Positions 55,701-64,000 of a stretch of 64,000 nucleotides of DNA are shown here, piece after piece. A program made the position numbers and the translations under genes. The stretch lies in contig CM097885.1 of NCBI GenBank assembly GCA_044892525.1, forward strand, positions 45,386,001 through 45,450,000, written 5' to 3'. The number at the start of each line of letters is the position of its first letter. Within the stretch, counting starts at the first letter, position 1. Origin of the DNA: Schmidtea polychroa (lineage: Eukaryota). The notes beneath the pieces were generated by a model. That model had not been told where the DNA came from. It saw only the letters and a list, made by a program, of their open reading frames with translations, and did no database searches.

Positions 55701-58049
55701 CTTCATTGTGGACCAATATTCATTCCCTTTCTATGTGGTCACAAAAAGGTTAATTTTAAAATTAACTCAATCAGCATTTGCAATAAGTGATAATTAAAAA
55801 TACTTGTTATTGTGAAAAATTTCACTAAAACTTTATTTTACGCAATCAATCCGAAATGAAAACCATCTTATGTCATTTGAATGATAACTTGAATAATTTG
55901 AACAAATTAAGTTAGAAAATGATATGATAAGCCTTTGCTTATAAGAATTTTCGACTATGAAAATTATCCAATCAAAAGGCCGATAATTCAAATAGAAAAA
56001 TATTTAAATGCACATTCAAACAATTTTCTTAGGTAGTACACAAAGGTTACTTGTACCAAAGGCTTATCAGATTATTTGATTTTTGAGAATTGATACAATT
56101 ACCAAACAAATATCGTTTTATAATAAATTTGTTTATTTTTACAAATTTCATTGTTTTTTCCTTTTTAAAATAATTCCTTTTTTTGACCATTCAAAAAAAT
56201 TCAGTTGCTCTAACAATTAAACCATTTTTCTTTCGAGGATGGATTGGCGCAGGACTTTTTGTTGTCTTCTGAATTTTATTATTTGCAAATTTTGTGAAAG
56301 GAATTTAATTTTTAATTAAAATTCATTGTGTGTTTCATTCATTTCTTTTAATGATATGTATTAATAAGACCTTAAAAGTCAAAAAAAGTCCTCTCTAGTA
56401 TTAAAATTTTTGAACCAAAGTTGACATAAGCGTACATTATTTATTCATAAAACAAGAATATATTTTTGTCACATTATTCGTATATTTTATAAATTCAAAA
56501 CAAGGTAATATTAAATATCAAATATGAACATTTTTGTTAAAAAAATTCAAAATTTTATATTCTTAATAAAACATAAATAAATACTACAACACCATTGACA
56601 AAAAAAATCAATGAACATTTAAACAAATTGTAATTTGTTTTTGTAAAACAATATTATTTTAATAAACAGCTTATAACATAAACAAAATTATTAATTTTTA
56701 AGCCTAATATATATAAATTCTAAAATAAAATACAAAGTCATATACTTGGGGAATAAAATCAAACACTCACATTTTATTGATTTCTAAGTAATTATATCGT
56801 CCTTCAAAAATCCCTTTTTGTTGTGAATAAGTGGAGAAATAATAGACAAAAAAGTTTTAAATCCTCCATCAGTCAAGTCAGAGACTATTAAGAGGAAAAA
56901 TCTTTTTTTAAAAAAACTCCTCACTTATCTCTTAAGTAAAAACGAATTAAAACACGGAAGATTGTGTAATTATTTTTCAACAAAATAAATAAAATTTATA
57001 TAATATTAGAATAAATGCAAAAATTAATGGATTGTTTAAATCGATAATTTGGTAATTACTAATATTTATGTCATCGGGGTTCATTGTGTAATTGCTGGGT
57101 TGTTCTAATAATTTGTTTAATCAAATAGGAAGCTTTCATAACAAATTATCGATTTTCCCTAAGAAAAATAATATAATTTTTCAAATGAAATGTATTGAAT
57201 AATTAGAAAACCTTGCTTCTTGAATTAATTAACACACCACAAAAATGTATTTCTCATTGTATTTTCTCAATTTTTTGTTTAAATGAATAAATTTTACATA
57301 AATATTTATCATCTTAAATCGATATTAACATAATCGTAAATATGGCACTGATATAAATATTTTAGCAGGACACTCGATCATCACTCATACTAAATATTTC
57401 GACAGGATCAATGTCACCATTGGGTAGACACAATAAATTATATAAATTTTAAGTTACTTATTCAAGCAATTTTTAAAAATATTTAAAATCATAAATTAAA
57501 TAATTAAAACTTATTATATAAATCGGAAAAATAATTTCTTTAGAGAAATACATTCAAAATTAAGCTTTTTAAATAAATGAATTTTATTAAAAAATATTTT
57601 ATTTAAAAAATATTGGATTTGCAAATGTGTCAAATTCTGTGAATACTTGTGTTTTGAATTTTCTAAATAGATTAGATTATAAATTGTGAGTATAAGGATT
57701 ATTAATGTTTTAAATATATTAAATTCTTAAATTAAATAATGTTTAAATTTCAAGTTTGTAAATTATTAAAATTAAAAATTATAAAATTATATTAAATAAA
57801 ATATATTTATTATAAATTAAAAAATGATTTGTTCATAAAATCTATAAAATTTATAATATCTTTAGTTTTTCTATCTTACCTGATTATAAAAAAAATTGTA
57901 AATAGTGAAACGAACGTTTGAGTAGCGTTTTCTTATAATTAAATTGTTTCCATATTTATTTAATTATTAATTTAAATAACCGTTATTTTATTATAATTAA
58001 TAATTTTTAGATTTAACATAGTATATATATATATATATATATATATATT

Positions 58050-58260
58050 GACATTTTGAGAGAGATAATTGAGCATCAAACTGTCAGCAACAGTCGGCAA
58101 ACGATAGCAAAATACGTATGTTGAGGTTAAAAGATGTTGATTCACAAATTCAAGAGCATCTTTAATAGCAATTTTCCCCTTAATGCCCTGATTATTCAAC
58201 CAATTGCACCATTGCTTTACCGACACAGTCTCGATCTCCTTCAGATTCTCGTAAGGAAAA
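58050..58260 (-). pseudogene. GST-C-like domain fragment (AIMP3/EF1-gamma/aaRS-appended type)
   Basis: VKQWCNW...ALEFVNQHLLTSTYV...LPTVAD pattern; truncated at the Merlin end. Confidence 0.55.
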
Positions 58261-58265
58261 GTTTT

Positions 58266-59441
58266 GGATCATGAAAAAAGTAGGCCCCGCTGGGGCCTAC
58301 TTTTTACATGTTTTATTTCATTAAATGTTTTTAATTAATCAATTATTGATTTAATAAATTCAAATTTCATTTTTTAATTAACAGTAATTTTATAGTTACA
58401 ATATGAAAATTTAGTATAAATTATAAAAACCCATAACAACCCATAAATGCACAATGAAAAATATTTAGAAGATTTGATAAAGATGACAGAGATAGAAACT
58501 ATAAATTATCTCTTCAGGAATCATTTAATCAAGGATAATGTTGGTTGTAATACATGTAACATTCCAATGATTTTAAAGAAAGCACAAAAAAACATTGATG
58601 GTTTCCAATGGAGATGTATGAATTCTCAATGTGAAAAGTATCAAACAACCAAATTGATAAGAGATGGTAGTTTATTAGAGGGGTTTAATATCAGGTCAAA
58701 GCCAATTTTAAAAGCCATAATGTATTGGTCACAAGGAATGCAACAGTGTGATATTCTTAAAAATATGAATATTTCAAGGCCAACGCTTTCTTCTTTGAGA
58801 AAAATTCTCATTTCAGCAATTAAAAGATATTTTCAACTTAATCCTCTTAAACTTGGCGGACCAGGTGTTGTCGTCCACGTTGATGAGACAATGATAAATC
58901 ATAAAGTCAAGGCCCATAGAGGAAGAGTCCCAAATCAGCAAACATGGTTGCTTTGTATTGTTGATACTTCCTTTTCACCAGCTAGAGGGTACATGGAAAT
59001 AATTCCAGATAAAAAATTCTGAGACACTTTGTGGAATTATTTCAAGGGTTGTTAGATCCAGTTCAACTATATTTTCCGATGAATTAAAATCCTATTTTAA
59101 ATTGCGTGAAATGAATGATTATACTCATCAAACTGTGTGTCACAAGTACACATTTGTGGATAGAGATAAAAATGTACACACTCAAAATGTTGAAAGTTAT
59201 AACAACAAGTTATAAAAATTATGCATCAAAAAAATGAAAGGATTAGATTCAACAGGTAGGTTAGCATTTATAAATGAATTTATGTTTCATGATTTATTCA
59301 AAGAAGAAACCTTTAGAAAAATAATTGAACTCATTTAATAAATCATTTTATGTATTTTATGTATTTTACTTTAAATTAATTTAATGTTTCATTTTATTTA
59401 CTAATTTTTTATATATATTTTTTATTTATTTTTTTCGGGGC
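58266..59441 (+). mobile_element. Merlin (IS1595-family) DNA transposon copy 1; right TIR displaced to 60143-60166
   Basis: Left end GGATCATGAAAAAAGTAGGCCCC with hairpin; transposase; ends ...TTTTTTCGGGGC. Confidence 0.85.
58447..59338 (+). pseudogene. Merlin/IS1595 DDE transposase, frameshifted
   Basis: CxxC...WRC...C Zn ribbon and LGGPG.VVHVDET. After a frameshift near 59017: IFSDE..SY, H.TV.H...FV, VHTQNVES. Extra TAA near 59212. Confidence 0.9.
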
Positions 59442-59955
59442 GTTCACATTTTTAAGAATATCACACTGTTGCATTCCTTGTGACCAATACATTATAGCTT
59501 TTAAAATTGGCTTTGACCTGATATTAAACCCCTCTAAAAAACTACCATCTCTTATCGATTTGGTTGTTTGATACTTTTCACATTGAGAATTCATGCATCT
59601 CCATTGGAAACCATCGATGTTTTTCTGTGCTTTCTTTAAAATCATTGGAATGTTACATGTATTACAACCAACATTATCCTTGATTAAATGATTCCTGAAG
59701 AGATAATTTATAGTTTCTATCTCTGTCATCTTTATCAAATCTTCTAAATATTTTTCATTGTGCATTTATGGGTGGTTATGGGTTTTTAATTTATACTAAA
59801 TTTTTTCTAGAATTTTCATGTTGTAACTATAAAATTACTGTTATTTAAAAAATGAAATTTGAATTTATTAAATCAATAATTGATTAATTAACAACATTTA
59901 GTAAAATAAAACATGTAAAATGTAGGCCCCAGCGGGGCTACTTTTTACATGATCC
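59442..59955 (-). mobile_element. Merlin copy 2: left end plus first ~108 codons, inverted
   Basis: Near-identical reverse complement of 58266-~58770. Confidence 0.9.
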
Positions 59956-60142
59956 ATCGTTTCGCATATTCGACATTACAGGCATTACACAATTGTCCAT
60001 GTCCTATACGAATGCATTGAAGTCGTCTTGCGATTATTGCATCATATGATGCCGTTCATTACTGAAGAATTGCACCAAAGACTTCTTGGCAAAAGATTTC
60101 CCGGCGAAGAAAGCATAATGGTGTTACCGCATCCGAAAATTG
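59956..60142 (+). pseudogene. VARS: Valyl-tRNA synthetase anticodon-binding-domain fragment, inverted relative to the main fragment
   Basis: Plus strand reads VLYECIEVVLRLLHHMMPFITEELHQRL...SIMVLPHP. Confidence 0.85.
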
Positions 60143-60166
60143 GGATCATGTAAAAAGTAGGCCCCG

Positions 60167-61036
60167 ATGGATGACTGTAGTTGCCTGTGAGAGATTGTAA
60201 TTTTTCATTGCCTCGTTTATTTCCGTAACGACAAAGGACAATTTTCATAGGATCCATTTATCAGTTTCGGATAATTCGTTGGAAATTTCATCAATCGATT
60301 TCACAGTTACGAGAGACTTTGACAAGCTGAACATTTGACAAAATCGGAATGCTTGCCAAATCTTGTTACAGAAATTTCGGTATCCGTTAATTCTCAATAC
60401 ATCGAGATTTATGTCTCGGGATTGGGACGTGTAAGCTAGCAGTGCAAATCGCAACGCATCAGTTCCGCATTGTGGAATGCCATTGGGAAAATCTTTAGTT
60501 TGTGATGCTCGTGCTCTAATGAGTTCTTTTGGGTCGAGATTTCCGGTTTCTAATGATTTCTGCAAATCATTCAAACTAATTCCATTGATTACATCATAAG
60601 GATTAATGACGTTTCCAAATGATTTACTCATTTTTTTACCGTGCGCGTCTCGAATCATGGCGTGCATATAAACGGTATCGGGCGCCAGTTTTCTCTTCAT
60701 TTTCAAACCGATCATAACCATTTGAGCAACCCAGAAGAAAATAATGTCATGTCCAGTTTCAAGTAGGTTTCCCGGGTAAAATTTCTTTATATCTTCTGTG
60801 TTGCCTGGCCATCCCATTGTGGCGAAAGGGAACAGCTGGGATGAAAACCAAGTATCGAGCACATCGAGATCCTGCTCTACGGTTATTTTGTAAATGGATT
60901 TGTTAAATTTTTCACTCGCCAATTTTATGACTTCATCGTGACTTCTGGCAGCTATCCAACTATCATTTTTATCAACAAACTCATAACCATCATCAATAAA
61001 GACTTTATAGACCGGTATTTGATGACCCCACCACAA
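60167..61036 (-). pseudogene. VARS: Valyl-tRNA synthetase catalytic-domain fragment, intronless
   Basis: WWGHQIP, DVLDTWFSS, LETGHDIIFFWV, KMSKS, GTDALRF, NFCNKIW. In-frame TGA at 60247-60245, then KLSFVVTEINEAMKNYNL. 5' end truncated. Confidence 0.92.
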
Positions 61037-64000
61037 TATATATTTTATATTTTTAAAACACCATAATATGCATACACAGTACCTATCTATAAAGTTTTTC
61101 CTTTCCTATCCTAAGTGAGATTCCAGTAGCTTCTTATCTTGAACCAGAAATATAACTGATATGTTATTTTTTTACAGTGTTAGTAGAACAAATTAAAAAA
61201 TATATAAATAAAAATTTGTTTATAAACTTCAAAAATTATGGATTTATTTGAAAATGAGATAGGTCCATTTTAATATAGCAAACTTTGGCTTTTCTTCAGG
61301 TATCTTTTAAAAGCAGTATTAGATAAGACATTTATAGTATCTGTAACTACAAAATATACAAAGGTTGGCTGCTAGAGCTTATCAGTATTTTTTAAATTTA
61401 TTGAAATGGAAATGTTTAAATATCTCATTAAAACAAATAATGGGCTTGCCTCACTTTCAAAATATACGACTCTTTTATCAAAGTTATTAATTTATTATAA
61501 ATTAAAATAAAAAAATGTATTTTTATTTATATGCTACAGCACTACTAAAATCCATTTTGTTTTACTATTCTGACATTTAGTGAGTAAAATGTATTACAAG
61601 TTGCAGGTGTGTTTTTTTTATATTTTAGTAAGAATTATCGTGGTGTTTTAATTATTTTACAAAATTTGTATGGAAATTGTTCTTATCTTTATAATCGTTT
61701 TTTCATATTTAAGAAGATGGGTATTTCTCACAAGAAGCGCAAAAAAATTTATTATTATGGAAATATATTTAAAGCTTTTATAAAATGTTAAAATTAATAT
61801 AACTTTTTTAAATTTATTAATTTTTCGTGAAAGTCTGAAATACAAATAGTGAAAAAAAACAGTAACTCTAATAATAGGCATTTTGATAATATAAATTAAT
61901 TAATTAATTAAATAAATAAACGTAAAATAAAATATTAAATGAATGTATATTATATATGGATGTTGTATGCTAATTATTCTTATATTACTCGACGAACCTA
62001 TATGACCATATATTTCTCGCAAAGATATATTACGTCCAATGATCATCTCACTAAATTAGAGAAGAATTGTTACCCTATAATATATATTTCTAACTAATAA
62101 GCACCTTAATTGGTTAAATAATAACCATATTTTTATTATGACTCCTTTAAATATTTTGCCTCGAACAAATTTACTCCAAATGATAATTTCTACCAAAATT
62201 ATCAATGAATATATTTTGTTATTAATGACTATGTATTTCTCACGAAGTTATAGAAATTATCAATGAAATTATTGTAAGAAATATTAGATGAATAAATTAC
62301 CTATAAAATGCTAAATATTCATATTTTACTAAATTACCTTTTGCTAGATATTATTTCAAATGACCAGAAATGACAAAGTTAACCAATAAATTAGTTGCTC
62401 GAAATATACTAAAGAATTCGGTAAAAGTTATTAAAAATATCCTGATTATACACGAATTTCTGATAAATTACCCAAATGAGCATCCATTTCTCACTAAATC
62501 ACTTCAGAATTCTTACCATGTATTTCTAACTAATATACATGTGCTTTAATTTGCTTATTTTAATACACCCTTGCGACATGTTGAGTGTGAGCAGTACAAC
62601 ATAGGGGGACAAAATATCTTGTCGGATAAACTCTGAATGTGTATAAGAACTTACAATATGCTACCAAAATGGTCTTTATTGATTAATTTGTTGTATAATA
62701 GATGCATCGAAATACTGATCTTCACAAATTAACTAAAAATACTCAAAACAAGATTTTACTATATTACCTAAGAATTCAGTTACTTAAATATTCATAATTT
62801 TACTAAATTATTGAAATTATTTATGTATTTCTATCAACTATATAAAAAATTTGTTATGAATCCTAAAATTAAATAACAATATTTCAATTAAATGGTACAG
62901 CCAAAATAATGGATTTCTAACTAAATTGTCTATGAATTGGTAAATTTGTCTGGAAATAATTTACTTACCTAAGAAATTGCTATATATTTAAAATAACCAT
63001 GTACTTTCACTAAATGACCTAAAAATTAGCTGTTTCGTATTGTTAAATATTTTAAAATAATCAAAATAATAAAATAATAATTTGTCAGTGTATGAAAAAC
63101 TAATATAATTGTATGACTAATAAATTTGCAATACAAGTGCATAATTAACAAAGACACTAGAAATATTATCTTTGCATTTGTTGAAGATGATTATGTCAGT
63201 AATATCAGAGGAGAATCAATGGACAGAAGAAAAGCATCATTTTCATTATTATTTATTATGAATATTTCTTGAATTGTAAATTTCCATACATATAAATAAC
63301 ACTATTTTAAAAATTAATACAAAATAATAATATTAATAAAACAAAATTAATTAATAATAAATCTGTTTTAATCAAAAAAGTATTACAATAAAACAATAAA
63401 TTTATAAAAACAGATTAAAACATTTATTTACGAAACAATAAAAATATTGGTTAGGGTTTCTTCTGCTTTTCGAGCATCTTCATGGTTCTTTAGAAGATCT
63501 TTTAACGTTTCCCATTTTGATGAACCCATGTGTATATTTCTTTTTGAATAATCTAAAAATAATATTATATAGATTATTATAAATACCATACCATTCCTGA
63601 AATTCCGTTCATCATATCATCACCATTTGGTAGTTGCGTTCACGCCTAATGTATTTAAACTTTAATTACAATTACCAAGATGATTTCATATATCATATTA
63701 TTCGATGTTTAAAAGTTTTCTCCATAATAGCACTGTCATGACCATAATTCATTTGACTTTGATTTAATATTGATTTGTATTGAGAACTTACATGTATATA
63801 GTATAATATTCATTAATCAGTGTTGAGCAGGCTTGATAATTGTGAACATTCTTCTCATGACACTTAGAACAAACAATCACATGACCGCACGGTAAAAACA
63901 AAACCGAAACTTGATTTTCTTTACAAATTGAACAAATTAAATACCTTTTCTTAACATCGTTAAGTTATTCTGTTAGCTTATTTTCAATCAAATCGGCTTT

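Overview
AT-rich eukaryotic (probably animal) genomic DNA dominated by transposable elements, with no clearly intact host gene. The centrepiece is a complete 16,033-bp Polinton/Maverick (adintovirus-like endogenous dsDNA virus) at 6521-22553. It has ~1.4-kb TIRs and a 6-bp TSD (GACGGG), and it is inserted into the GIY-YIG domain of a Penelope-like retroelement. It encodes pPolB, an adenain-like protease, major and minor capsid proteins, pVI/pX-like core proteins, a chromodomain rve integrase and a packaging ATPase. Its cargo is unusual: a spliced Bcl-2-family gene duplicated inside both TIRs (one copy inactivated), a TATA-binding-protein homolog, a possibly myristoylated ORF overprinted on the integrase, and many ~45-nt introns that the ORF track misses. 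Elsewhere are a full-length but inactivated hAT transposon, two decayed Polinton relics, Penelope remnants with minimal hammerhead ribozymes, several MITEs and a putative solo LTR. There are also intronless pseudogene fragments of PSMA6 and valyl-tRNA synthetase, and a Merlin transposon pair whose intervening ~720 bp is inverted. All protein assignments are by-eye motif recognition; no searches were run.
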